DNA of 64,000 bases from a virus (Duplodnaviria > Caudoviricetes), in the IMG/VR virus record IMGVR_UViG_3300025016_000004, one strand, 5' to 3'. The position numbers were made by a program, and so were the translations under genes. The notes beneath the pieces were generated by a model, which was not told the DNA's origin, made no database searches, and worked only from the letters and a program-made list of their open reading frames with translations. Of this stretch, positions 9,829 to 19,886 are shown piece after piece. Position 1 is the stretch's first letter. Every line of letters begins with the position of its first letter.

Positions 9829-11412
9829 TTATGTTCTTATATCTGGGTAATTATTATTAAACCAATCAATACTTTCTTTCAACCCATCACGTAATGAAGT
9901 GAATTCAAAATCTGGTAAGTATTTTTTAATTTTACTATTATCACTTGGTTTTCTATATTGTCCATCAGGTTTACTTGTATCCCAAATAACTTCACCATCA
10001 AATTCCATCAATTCAACTATCATATTAACAACTTCTCTTATTGAATGTTCAGTAGATGTGGTTAAAATAATGGGTTCATCTTCATCATAGTTATATAAAA
10101 CCCATTCAGCTAATTTTGCAACGTCTTTAACATATATAAATTCTCTTAAAGGTATTCCACTACCCCAAATAGTAAACGGAGTGTTGTCACGCTTAGCTAT
10201 ATAACATTTATGTATCAATGAAGGTATAACATGGCCATCTTCGATGTTAAAATCATCATTTGGGCCATAAATATTAGTCGGCACTACACACTTATAATTT
10301 AACCCATGTTGCTCCCTATAAGCTCTTATTTGGACTTCAGCCATACGTTTAGCATAACCATAACCATAATTAGATTCATGTGGAGGACCTAAATGTATTT
10401 TATCTTCAGTTAGGGGGTATTCAATTTTAGCTGGGAATATACATGTAGATAAAAAACAAACTAAATTTTTTACACCATGTTTTCTAGCCGCCTCAATAAC
10501 GTTGGTGTTAATCATTAAATTTTCATAAAAATAATCGCCCATATGTTTCATATTACCACCTAACCCACCAACTTTACCAGCACAGTGTATTACATTATTT
10601 ACTGGGTTAGTTTTAAAATATTCATCAACTGAATTTTTATCCATTAAGTCACATTCTGCTCTAGTTAACTTAATAGAATTGTTGGTAAATTGCGACCCAA
10701 CTAATCCGTTTGCCCCAGTGATTAATTTACTATTTAAAAAAGTAGATAATTTTTGGTGATGTTGGTCAATAACGTGTTCCATATTATCTGGGTATCTTCG
10801 CATTTGAATTAATTCAGCCTTTACGCTTTGGTGCGTTTCATCATTATTATTTCCAGTTACATCAAATCTATCATGAGATATGACAATTAATGGTTCTTTT
10901 ATTGTTAAACCTAAGCGTTTCCCCAATATATCTATCCATGAGTCACAAGCAGCAACTTGTGACCATGAGCCAGTCACTTCAAACCATTTTTTTGGGATTA
11001 TTGGAAATAACACACCTTGTTTTTCCCAAAATTCAATCATTGTGTCAACTTTTGGTGAAATAACACAAAATTTATTTTTATATTTTAATATTTCTAAATC
11101 CCAATGCACACTATTCATAATAGCATCATCATTCCATAATAATAAAAATTCTCCTGATGATTTAGTACTTAAATCATTATAATAATTATGTAACCCACGA
11201 TAAAATTGCCTTTCATAAAAAAAGAGTTTAACATTTGGTTTATCCATTGCATACTCTTTTATTTCATTTATAGAGTGAATATCATCATTATCTAAAGCAA
11301 CTAAAACCTCAAAATTATTAACATCACTACAACTTTCAAAAAGAGAATTAATTGATTTTTTAAATAGTTTACCTCTATTTCTTGTTGGTATTAAAACACT
11401 TACTTTATTCAT
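9829..11412 (-). CDS. fcl: GT2 glycosyltransferase fused to GDP-L-fucose synthase
   Basis: N-half VSVLIPTRNR...WNDD; C-half ITGANGLVG, HCAGKVGGLGGN, STCIFP, YGYAKR, PTNIYGP. Confidence 0.9.
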   Translation of the reverse strand: MNKVSVLIPTRNRGKLFKKSINSLFESCSDVNNFEVLVALDNDDIHSINEIKEYAMDKPNVKLFFYERQFYRGLHNYYNDLSTKSSGEFLLLWNDDAIMNSVHWDLEILKYKNKFCVISPKVDTMIEFWEKQGVLFPIIPKKWFEVTGSWSQVAACDSWIDILGKRLGLTIKEPLIVISHDRFDVTGNNNDETHQSVKAELIQMRRYPDNMEHVIDQHHQKLSTFLNSKLITGANGLVGSQFTNNSIKLTRAECDLMDKNSVDEYFKTNPVNNVIHCAGKVGGLGGNMKHMGDYFYENLMINTNVIEAARKHGVKNLVCFLSTCIFPAKIEYPLTEDKIHLGPPHESNYGYGYAKRMAEVQIRAYREQHGLNYKCVVPTNIYGPNDDFNIEDGHVIPSLIHKCYIAKRDNTPFTIWGSGIPLREFIYVKDVAKLAEWVLYNYDEDEPIILTTSTEHSIREVVNMIVELMEFDGEVIWDTSKPDGQYRKPSDNSKIKKYLPDFEFTSLRDGLKESIDWFNNNYPDIRT

Positions 11413-12634
11413 TTTTATAATTTATTAATTTAAATTTAGGGCATGGTACTATAAAAGTCCCGCCATTTTTTAAATATTCATCTTCCCTAATGGTAAATTC
11501 ATTAATAAAATGCCATGGTAATACTAATAAATAATCAGGTTTAGTTTCTCTCATTTCTTTTTCAGAAAAAATAGGAATATTTGTGCCAACGGTTTTCAAC
11601 CCCCATTTTTGATGGTTTTTTTCAGCAATACCATCAATTAAAGAGTTATCTAGCTCAAAATATTGTAACAGGGTGTTTCCCTTGGTTGATGCACCATAAC
11701 CCCAAATAGACTTACCATTACTTTTTTCTGTTTTGATAAAACTAACCAGTTTATTTTTTAAACTTTCAATTTCATTAAAAAAATTAACCCACGTTTCTTT
11801 TTTATCTAAATTTAATGTTTTTTCATAATTTAATAATGAATTTACTCTAAATTTAGCAACATCTCTATATGGTTGTGTACCAAATTTACTTTTATCGGCT
11901 TCATTTTTCATTGCATAGACTCTAAATGACCCACCATTAACATCATTTAATTGAGCATCCATAATATCCAACCCACATTCTTTAAATAATTTTTCAATAT
12001 TGAATAATGAATAATAAAATATATGCTCATGGCATATATTATCAAACGCTAATTGTTTCAACATTAAAGGTGTATAGGATAATTGTATAACCCAAATACC
12101 ATCATCATCTAAAATTTCTTTTAAATCATTAATAAAATTTTTAGGAGTTTCCAAATCATAAAACATTGCTATTGTTGTAACAACTTTAGCTTTAAGATTT
12201 CCAAATCTACTTTTTTTAAAACCTTCAGCTGAAAAATAATCTTGTATTATTAAATCTGAATGTTCTTCAGCTTCAATTTTAAAGGAATCATCGCATGGGT
12301 CAATACCCACTCTTATTAAATTTTTTGGTACAAAACTTAATAATGTACCATCATTAGACGCAATATCTAACCAAATATCATTATCAGATAATTTTGTTAT
12401 TTTTAAAATAGAATTAACTATACTATTTAATTCATTTTTCATTGTATTATTAATCCCAGAACGATACCAATATTTACCATACATTTCATTAATTTTTGGT
12501 GGGTTGGCAATCTTTACAGCTGAACTTTCCTCATCAAACACCAAAGCTAATTCGTGTTTACCCCCTCTAGGTGTTTCACCTTCATTAATGAAGTCTGAAA
12601 TATATAAGTCGCCTAATGTTAACATTTTTTCCAT
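11405..12634 (-). CDS. NDP-hexose C-methyltransferase family (SAM-dependent)
   Basis: LGDLYISDF, YWYRSG, DIASNDGTLL, FDNICHEH, YGASTKGNTLLQ, LVLPWHF. Confidence 0.85.
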   Translation of the reverse strand: MEKMLTLGDLYISDFINEGETPRGGKHELALVFDEESSAVKIANPPKINEMYGKYWYRSGINNTMKNELNSIVNSILKITKLSDNDIWLDIASNDGTLLSFVPKNLIRVGIDPCDDSFKIEAEEHSDLIIQDYFSAEGFKKSRFGNLKAKVVTTIAMFYDLETPKNFINDLKEILDDDGIWVIQLSYTPLMLKQLAFDNICHEHIFYYSLFNIEKLFKECGLDIMDAQLNDVNGGSFRVYAMKNEADKSKFGTQPYRDVAKFRVNSLLNYEKTLNLDKKETWVNFFNEIESLKNKLVSFIKTEKSNGKSIWGYGASTKGNTLLQYFELDNSLIDGIAEKNHQKWGLKTVGTNIPIFSEKEMRETKPDYLLVLPWHFINEFTIREDEYLKNGGTFIVPCPKFKLINYKNE

Positions 12635-12637
12635 ATT

Positions 12638-13684
12638 TTATTTATAATAATTCATCCAATATTCTATCATTTCATCAATCATAGTTTCAAAGGTATATTT
12701 AGGATTCCATCCTAAGTTATTTTTAATTTTAGAAGAATCACCTTTTAAATCTCTTAATTCTTCTGGCCTTAAGAATTTAATGTCTTGTTTCACATAATCT
12801 TTGTAATCCAAACCTAATTTGTTAAATGTATATTCACATAGGTCTCTAACTGAATGTGATATACCTGTTGAACAGACATAATCTTCTGGTGTTTCTGATT
12901 GTAACATTAACCACATAGCTTCAACATAATCTTTTGCATGACCCCAATCTCTGGTAGCTTCTAAATTACCTAAATTTAATTCACTTTGTAATCCACCTTT
13001 TATCCTTACGGCAGCTTTAACAACTTTGTTAGTTACAAAATTAGTCCCCCTTCTAGGTGATTCATGATTGAATAAAATTCCATTCCATATTTTCATACCA
13101 TAAGAATTTCTATAATTCCTACAGATATTGTAACCATACACCTTAGCGCACCCATAAGGGCTTACTGGTGACATTGGTGTTGTTTCTCTCTGATAACCAT
13201 CTTCATCTATATTATTACCAAACATTTCAGAAGAACTTGCTTGGTATATTTTAGAATCTGGTGATACCATTCTAACAGCTTCCAATAAATTTAAAATTCC
13301 TAAACCTACAACACTTGTGGTATAGATTGGTTGGTCAAAACTAACTCTAACATGTGATTGAGCGGCCAAGTTATATATTTCATCTGGTTTACATAAAAGC
13401 AACACTCTAACCAAAGATGCCATATCGGTCATGTCAGCATATTCCAATTTAATTAATTTATTTACCCTTAATTTTTCAATTCTAGTTGATTGGGTTTCAG
13501 CCACAGAATTTCTTTTAACAATTCCCCAAACTTCATAACCCTTCTCTATTAAAAACTCAGCTAAATATGAACCATCTTGCCCATTTATGCCCGTGATTAA
13601 TACGATTTTTTTACGTTCATTCAAGATAGGTTGTATATCATCTTCAGTATAATAATCATGTTCACTAATTATATCTTTTTTCAT
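12638..13684 (-). CDS. gmd: GDP-mannose 4,6-dehydratase
   Basis: LITGINGQDGSYLAE, NLAAQSHV, QASSSEMFG, SPYGCAK, LFNHESPRRG, RDWGHAKDYV. Confidence 0.97.
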   Translation of the reverse strand: MKKDIISEHDYYTEDDIQPILNERKKIVLITGINGQDGSYLAEFLIEKGYEVWGIVKRNSVAETQSTRIEKLRVNKLIKLEYADMTDMASLVRVLLLCKPDEIYNLAAQSHVRVSFDQPIYTTSVVGLGILNLLEAVRMVSPDSKIYQASSSEMFGNNIDEDGYQRETTPMSPVSPYGCAKVYGYNICRNYRNSYGMKIWNGILFNHESPRRGTNFVTNKVVKAAVRIKGGLQSELNLGNLEATRDWGHAKDYVEAMWLMLQSETPEDYVCSTGISHSVRDLCEYTFNKLGLDYKDYVKQDIKFLRPEELRDLKGDSSKIKNNLGWNPKYTFETMIDEMIEYWMNYYK

Positions 13685-13688
13685 TATA

Positions 13689-14348
13689 TCAATTTTTTAT
13701 TTTATAATTTGGGTTGAAAATATAACATTCTAACCTCTCTATCATCCAAGGGCCTGTAATATCATTTGTTAATAAATCAATGATTTTTTTGTAAAACTCA
13801 CGAGGTCTTAGTTTAATTTGCTCTTTTGTTATAGCAAAATGTCCACCTGGCATAAATTCATACCTATTCGGTGGTCTACCTTCAAATAAAATTTCCCAAT
13901 ATGAATCAACATTAATATTTGGATTATTATCATGCGGGTATCCGTTACTATGACATATTAAGACGCTTCCATTACCAAATTGTATGGATTGATGTAACGG
14001 CCAAGCACTACCAAAAGTGTTATTATGAAATCCATAATAACCACCAAAATTTAATGACACTGTATTTTTAATATCATTAACGTCACCATTTAATACATTT
14101 AATAGATTACCCCAATGGTCAAATGGGAAATCCTGAACAAAAAAAGTATAATCACTTAATTTATCGTAATTAGTGTAGATATGGTAAAAAAATGAATGGA
14201 CGCATCGCCCCATATTAGGTTCAATTAATGTTTCCACTCTATTAGAAGTTTTATCACCTTTTCGATAGATACTAACTAATATATTATCATTAACTTCATC
14301 AACCCAACCTAAATCTTTATCATATGCTGCAATTACTAATTCTTTCAT
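13689..14348 (-). CDS. DUF3431-like protein (glycan-cluster associated)
   Basis: LVIAAYDKDLGWV, PNMGRC..F.YHI..NYD.L, PGGHFAI, LER. Confidence 0.7.
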   Translation of the reverse strand: MKELVIAAYDKDLGWVDEVNDNILVSIYRKGDKTSNRVETLIEPNMGRCVHSFFYHIYTNYDKLSDYTFFVQDFPFDHWGNLLNVLNGDVNDIKNTVSLNFGGYYGFHNNTFGSAWPLHQSIQFGNGSVLICHSNGYPHDNNPNINVDSYWEILFEGRPPNRYEFMPGGHFAITKEQIKLRPREFYKKIIDLLTNDITGPWMIERLECYIFNPNYKIKN

Positions 14349-15181
14349 TTAAACAAATGTTTATATTTTTCTTTATTATTTAAAATATATTCGGGTAAAC
14401 TATTCTCATCAATCACTGACCCCGCTTCTCTACCCTTCATATAACCAATAGTATATATTGGGTGTTTAAAGCTATTAATTTTATTAATTATACCACCTAA
14501 TGCATTAAAATGCCAACCACCATCTTCAATATAAATTGATTCAGTTTTTCTGATTGTTCTTAAATGATTTAAACAACTTTCTTTTACGTTTTTATAAGTG
14601 GTAACTATCGGCCCAGTAAATGGGTTTGAAGCTACAGTCCACTTTTCTGATGTTTTCACATTTAGATAATTAATATAACAGTTAGTAATCATCGGTTTAT
14701 ACACCTTATATTTAGTATTATATTTTTCAGCTAAATGTGGGTTATTAGGGATATCTTCAACGTTTATAGTTAAATTATAATTCCATATTTCATCTACATC
14801 TGAAATATAACAAATATCTTCGTCATGTAAAGATGTTAGAGCATTTTTAATTAATTCTTTTTGGTAGAATTCTTTTAACCAACATAAAATATCACGACTA
14901 ACATTATCACTATTACATGCTAAATTAAATGCATGTTGGTCACAATCTTTATCATTAAAATCTTTTGGTGTGTCAGTAATGACATAATGAATTATTTTAT
15001 GAGCAAACTCCTTAAACCTTTCTTTATTAAGTTCGTAATAAAGTGGTTTCGGAACACCACTAAAAGTTTCAGTAGCTTCTACGATAACGAAATAATCGAC
15101 ATAATCATTTAAAATATTTAATCTTATTTCAAGCATATCTAATTCATCGTTAAAAGTGAAGATATCGTATTTTAAGGCCAT
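14345..15181 (-). CDS. GT17 (MGAT3-like beta-1,4-GlcNAc transferase) family
   Basis: YDIFTFNDELDMLEIRL, IVEATETFSG, SDVDEI, GGWHF. Confidence 0.8.
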   Translation of the reverse strand: MALKYDIFTFNDELDMLEIRLNILNDYVDYFVIVEATETFSGVPKPLYYELNKERFKEFAHKIIHYVITDTPKDFNDKDCDQHAFNLACNSDNVSRDILCWLKEFYQKELIKNALTSLHDEDICYISDVDEIWNYNLTINVEDIPNNPHLAEKYNTKYKVYKPMITNCYINYLNVKTSEKWTVASNPFTGPIVTTYKNVKESCLNHLRTIRKTESIYIEDGGWHFNALGGIINKINSFKHPIYTIGYMKGREAGSVIDENSLPEYILNNKEKYKHLFK

Positions 15182-16068
15182 AAGTGTTTATTTTTTATTT
15201 TATATTCTTCAAATTCACTTATACACTCGTCATAAGTAAATAATTTATTTTCTCTATCAATATAGTTATGGTTTCTAAAAATATTATACCCACAACTCCA
15301 ATATCCATCTGAGATGTTGTGACGACCCCAATATTTAGGTGCTAAAAGATATTTTATAGTATCACTAGTTAATGTAGCAAAATATGGGAAACTAGAATTA
15401 GAAACTATCAAATAATGCGCATTTTTAACAATTGAATAGTCTGTACCAATATCAAAATGACGTACTTTAAAGTTAGGGAAAAATTGAGATGCTCTCACGA
15501 CATCATCCGTAATTACTATAAACTCAAAATTTGGGTTTATCTTTAACATCCTATTAACAGCGTCATTCCAATAATTTTTATTTAAATAAAATTGTGGATG
15601 GTTGGCCCACTCACCACCTCTAAAATTAATTACACAAATATTTTCATTAGAATAATCAAAACAATCTTTTTCAGGTTTAACTCTTAACCATTCTTTTATT
15701 TCTTCTTTTCTATGGATTATTCTATTTTCTGATTGAAAATATCCATCTAATTTAGTATTATCTGTTATTTCTTCTAATAATGGGTCATCAATTCTAATTT
15801 CACTCCCATTAGGGTGTGTGATAGCTCTTTCTCTAAAATAATTTGTTATACCATTTGGTAATGTTGTTGGTGGCGCACCTTCAGCTGGGCTACTACCACC
15901 AATTACTTCCAGACCAAAATCTAAATCCATAAAATCTAAACATTTAAATTTATGTGGATTCATTATTCCAAAATCATAACCTTTGTCTAATGCAACTACT
16001 CTAGTTGTTACATAACAAGCTAATTGATTACCCAAACCTTGGCCATTATATATTTCTGTTACTATCAT
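15172..16068 (-). CDS. GT11 (alpha-1,2-fucosyltransferase-like)
   Basis: GQGLGNQL, DGYFQSE, NFRGGE, ITDD, SNSSF. Confidence 0.8.
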   Translation of the reverse strand: MIVTEIYNGQGLGNQLACYVTTRVVALDKGYDFGIMNPHKFKCLDFMDLDFGLEVIGGSSPAEGAPPTTLPNGITNYFRERAITHPNGSEIRIDDPLLEEITDNTKLDGYFQSENRIIHRKEEIKEWLRVKPEKDCFDYSNENICVINFRGGEWANHPQFYLNKNYWNDAVNRMLKINPNFEFIVITDDVVRASQFFPNFKVRHFDIGTDYSIVKNAHYLIVSNSSFPYFATLTSDTIKYLLAPKYWGRHNISDGYWSCGYNIFRNHNYIDRENKLFTYDECISEFEEYKIKNKHLWP

Positions 16069-16759
16069 ATCTAGCGTTTACTATTTGATGTTCTTTATTT
16101 TTAACTTCCATAGGTGTTGTACTAGATAATCCTGTCCCATGAGTTCTATTAACGTAGGTTGGTTTATCTATAATGTATGGTCCCCCATGTTTATCAAACA
16201 TTTTTTTATAATGGTCAACATCAACCAACCAATTTAAAGTTTCATCAAAAGGTATTATATCTTCGTTTCTTAATGTCATTCCAGATGGGCATCCCATAGT
16301 ATTATTACCTGTCCATATTAAATCATTCCATCTTGGTACAAAATACCTATAAAAATCAGTACCAGTATTGCTATGATAAAATGTTGTCATAGCCCATTTA
16401 ATATCAGGTTGTGATTCTAACTCATCGGCTTGTATTTGTAATGAATTTTCATCATATAAAAAATCATCTTGAAATAATATTTTTATCCATTTACCCGTAC
16501 AACTACGCATAGCTACATTAAGGTTGGGTGAGATAAACCCACGACCTTGTTCATTCGAAACATAAACAATATTTAAATCGTATTTACTATACATTGATAG
16601 TACGTCAACTATGGTATTATCAGTGCTATGGTCAGAAATAACCACTTCGAAATTTTTAAATGTTTGCTTTTTTAATATATCTAAATTAAAGATAAGAAAT
16701 TCAGCACCTTTCCCAGCATATCCAAAGGCTGGTATTGCTATTGAGAAAAATGGTTTCAT
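16046..16759 (-). CDS. Glycosyltransferase family 2
   Basis: FSIAIPA, VISDHS, ILFQDD. Confidence 0.85.
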   Translation of the reverse strand: MKPFFSIAIPAFGYAGKGAEFLIFNLDILKKQTFKNFEVVISDHSTDNTIVDVLSMYSKYDLNIVYVSNEQGRGFISPNLNVAMRSCTGKWIKILFQDDFLYDENSLQIQADELESQPDIKWAMTTFYHSNTGTDFYRYFVPRWNDLIWTGNNTMGCPSGMTLRNEDIIPFDETLNWLVDVDHYKKMFDKHGGPYIIDKPTYVNRTHGTGLSSTTPMEVKNKEHQIVNARYDSNRNI

Positions 16760-17445
16760 AATAAATCTTTTTTAAGCTTATCTACGTTCATTGTTGTGTT
16801 TGTTGGTACATTATTGGGTGCCCAAGCCGTACCGACATCTTTAGTCTCTTTAGCCAACTCAAACATAGTTTTAGTTTCAGTCCCAACATTATAAACACCA
16901 TTTAAATCCTTATTAACCATTTTAATTATAAGGTCAGCTATGACATCAACATAATCAAAATTACCTGTTTGGTTTGTCCATGCGTTATCATATGGGAACG
17001 GCCTTGGTTTATGTGTACACCTACAAATCAAATAATCGTTTGACTCTAATTGTACTAAACCATCGGCTAATAATTTTGTATAGCCATACCAAGTATTACA
17101 ATGAACAGGTACGTTATTTTCAGACGCATTTTCTACTGAGTCAGCATATAAATAATCAGTTGATATATGAACCAACTTAATTCTAAAAGCATTACAATAT
17201 TTTATTAATCTATTAACAAAAACGTAATTAGTATTCCAATGAGATTCTCTATCTTCAGAATACGTGTCAGTATTTGCTATGCAATTAATAATAACATTTG
17301 GTTCGTAATCTAATTTAAATAATTCTCTTATATTATTAATATCAAACCCATCTTTTTTTCTGGAAAAATATTCCCACCCAGTTTGTTTAACAATTTCTGA
17401 ACCTAATAATCCATCCCCTAAAATTAATACTTTTAATTCACCCAT
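16756..17445 (-). CDS. RmlD-like NDP-4-keto-sugar reductase (short form)
   Basis: ILGDGLLG, NCIANTD, HISTDY, YGYTKL. Confidence 0.8.
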   Translation of the reverse strand: MGELKVLILGDGLLGSEIVKQTGWEYFSRKKDGFDINNIRELFKLDYEPNVIINCIANTDTYSEDRESHWNTNYVFVNRLIKYCNAFRIKLVHISTDYLYADSVENASENNVPVHCNTWYGYTKLLADGLVQLESNDYLICRCTHKPRPFPYDNAWTNQTGNFDYVDVIADLIIKMVNKDLNGVYNVGTETKTMFELAKETKDVGTAWAPNNVPTNTTMNVDKLKKDLL

Positions 17446-19883
17446 TTTTCTTTAAAAATTTTATCTATATAATCAAAGACTTCACTAGTATAATGCGGTG
17501 CTGCACCTAAAAAGAATACTTTATCCAATACAGTGTTGGCTTTTGGGTAAGAGTTTAAGTTACCTAAATGTTTATAACCATCATGCATAAGAATATTACC
17601 AGCAAAATAATTTCTTGTTTGGATTTTATTCTCTTCTAAAAACGCAACCAATTTATCTTTCAATGTTTTTGTTTCACAAATGAAAGGAGTTCCAAACCAA
17701 CAAGCGTCAGCTTTAGATAACATCTTAACTCCACTTAAACCTTCAACATAATTTAATAATATATTTTCAATATTATATTTACTAGCCTTTCTGTTAGAGT
17801 CAATTTCATCAAATTTTCTAAGTTGAACCAATCCAATTGAACCTTGAAGGTCCATAGGTTTAAGGTTATAACCCATATTTGCGAATACATATTTATGGTC
17901 AATAATACCATCATAAGAATCTAACCATTGGTCAAATCTATTTCCACATGTACCACAAGGTAATAAGTTGGCCGAACCAACGCAATAGCAATTGTGTGAA
18001 ACGATACCATTCGCATGATAACTTTCGTCTTTTTCAACTTCGAAATTAAAAACTTCTAAATCTTTAACATCATTTACTTCAATTGATGTGATTTCATGAA
18101 TCGCATATTTTTTATCCTCAGTGAAATATTCACTAACGTAGTGATTTTTCTTTTTACTCCAACCTTCATTTATTAAATCACTAAATATTTCAGCATTTTT
18201 ACCATAAGAAACTAAATTATATAAATCACGTTTCGCTTCTATTAATTTACCATTAACAATACTAGGGGTATGTTTATCTGGGGTTCTAACTAATAAATTT
18301 GGTGAAATATTAAATCTACTTAAAATTAATCTAAATTGGTTTGCTAAATTTATATTAGTGGTTGCTAATGACACAGATTGGAAATCATTTGAACCGTCAC
18401 CTCTCCAATAACCTTTAACCAATTCTATTAATAAATTTTTATCATAATGTATAAATTCATATGGTAACATTTTATTATATGATGAAGTTTTTAACGTTTT
18501 ATTAAAAAATTCGTAACCTTTTCTAGTCTTAAAAGTTATTGACACTCCATTTCCTTTAGGTTTTCTAGTAATCATAGACACCCCGAAATATTTTTTCATT
18601 AAATATTTTACATCATCAATATAATTAATCTCTTTCACGTTAAAAGAGAAATCAACCCTATAATATAAATATTTATTTTTAACATTTTGTTTATTTTTAC
18701 CATTAGACCCCTTATTCCCTTTACCTAAAGAACCTTCCGCTAACCAATAACCAATTAACCTAAATAAATCACCTTCAATGTTTAACTTAAAATTTTTAGT
18801 TTTAAGCAATGTTTTGTATGAATATTCCAAATTTTTAGGGGTAGCTTTATTGTCTGGTACTTTTTGAACTAGGAAATCACCTTTAATTATATCTTTAGGT
18901 TGTGTCCACTCAATTTTATTACCCCTCATTACGTATAATGGGTGATTTTCAGTGACTTTTATATCTTCATTTCTCATTGATTTAATTGTGAAAAGATTTC
19001 CATTATAATTTTTTTTAATTAAATCATAAACTTTCTCATAATTACCATTATGCGTATAAACTTTATCACCAATAACTATATTCTCAATATTTTTAACACC
19101 GTTAGTTGTATATATTGACGTTCCAGCTGGGTGACAATCCCTTCCCCACCAAGTAAAACTAGTGAATAACTTGCTTAATTGATGTATGTTGGTACAAACC
19201 ATTCCACCTTCACCCGTTGAAATATGGTGAGCTGGATAAAATGATGATGACCAAGCAACATAATAATCACTGATATCATTACCATCCCATTTACTACCGA
19301 TACTATCACAACTATCACCAATTAATTGCAAGCTATATTTATTACATAATCTAGTTAAGTAATCCATATCGGGTGGGTTACCTAAAACTGGTGAAACAAA
19401 TATAGCTTTTGTTCTATGAGTTATTTTATTTTCTATTTTGGTAATATCAAAATTCAACGTATCAAACTCAATGTCAACGAATACTGGTTTTAAACCATTC
19501 TGTACAACTGTTGATATGGTAGTAGGGAAGCCTACAGGGGACACAATAACTTCATCACCATCTTCCCATCCAAAATACTTTTTAAGACCCGCAATCAGCA
19601 CTAAATTAGCTGAACTACCAGAATTTACCATTTGGGCATACTTCGCACCAAATTTTTTGGCAAACATACGTTCAAATTTTCTAACATTTTCTCCAGCAAC
19701 TACCCATTTACCTGTAACTAAAGTATTGACCGCTTCTATTATTTCAGTTTCATCCCAATAAGGGCCTGAATATAAAACTTGGGATTCCCCAGCCACAAAG
19801 TTTTTATTATAAAGATACTTAGGGTTATTTTCCTTAACGTATTCTTTTAAATCATTTAATATTTTTTCTAATTTATTATCCAT
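17433..19883 (-). CDS. rfbH: CDP-4-keto-6-deoxyglucose 3-dehydrase (RfbH/DdhC, DegT family) containing an intein
   Basis: VNSGSSANL, PVLGNP, SFYPAHHISTGEGG (His in place of the PLP Lys), WGRD|CYC, YDHKY-like IIDHKYV, RNYFAGN. Confidence 0.9.
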   Translation of the reverse strand: MDNKLEKILNDLKEYVKENNPKYLYNKNFVAGESQVLYSGPYWDETEIIEAVNTLVTGKWVVAGENVRKFERMFAKKFGAKYAQMVNSGSSANLVLIAGLKKYFGWEDGDEVIVSPVGFPTTISTVVQNGLKPVFVDIEFDTLNFDITKIENKITHRTKAIFVSPVLGNPPDMDYLTRLCNKYSLQLIGDSCDSIGSKWDGNDISDYYVAWSSSFYPAHHISTGEGGMVCTNIHQLSKLFTSFTWWGRDCHPAGTSIYTTNGVKNIENIVIGDKVYTHNGNYEKVYDLIKKNYNGNLFTIKSMRNEDIKVTENHPLYVMRGNKIEWTQPKDIIKGDFLVQKVPDNKATPKNLEYSYKTLLKTKNFKLNIEGDLFRLIGYWLAEGSLGKGNKGSNGKNKQNVKNKYLYYRVDFSFNVKEINYIDDVKYLMKKYFGVSMITRKPKGNGVSITFKTRKGYEFFNKTLKTSSYNKMLPYEFIHYDKNLLIELVKGYWRGDGSNDFQSVSLATTNINLANQFRLILSRFNISPNLLVRTPDKHTPSIVNGKLIEAKRDLYNLVSYGKNAEIFSDLINEGWSKKKNHYVSEYFTEDKKYAIHEITSIEVNDVKDLEVFNFEVEKDESYHANGIVSHNCYCVGSANLLPCGTCGNRFDQWLDSYDGIIDHKYVFANMGYNLKPMDLQGSIGLVQLRKFDEIDSNRKASKYNIENILLNYVEGLSGVKMLSKADACWFGTPFICETKTLKDKLVAFLEENKIQTRNYFAGNILMHDGYKHLGNLNSYPKANTVLDKVFFLGAAPHYTSEVFDYIDKIFKEKWVN
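17991..19136 (-). mobile_element. Intein (382 aa) with LAGLIDADG endonuclease in RfbH
   Basis: Starts CHPAGT, VTENHP block B, ends VSHN|C; LIGYWLAEG and LVKGYWRGDG. Confidence 0.92.
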
Positions 19884-19886
19884 ATT

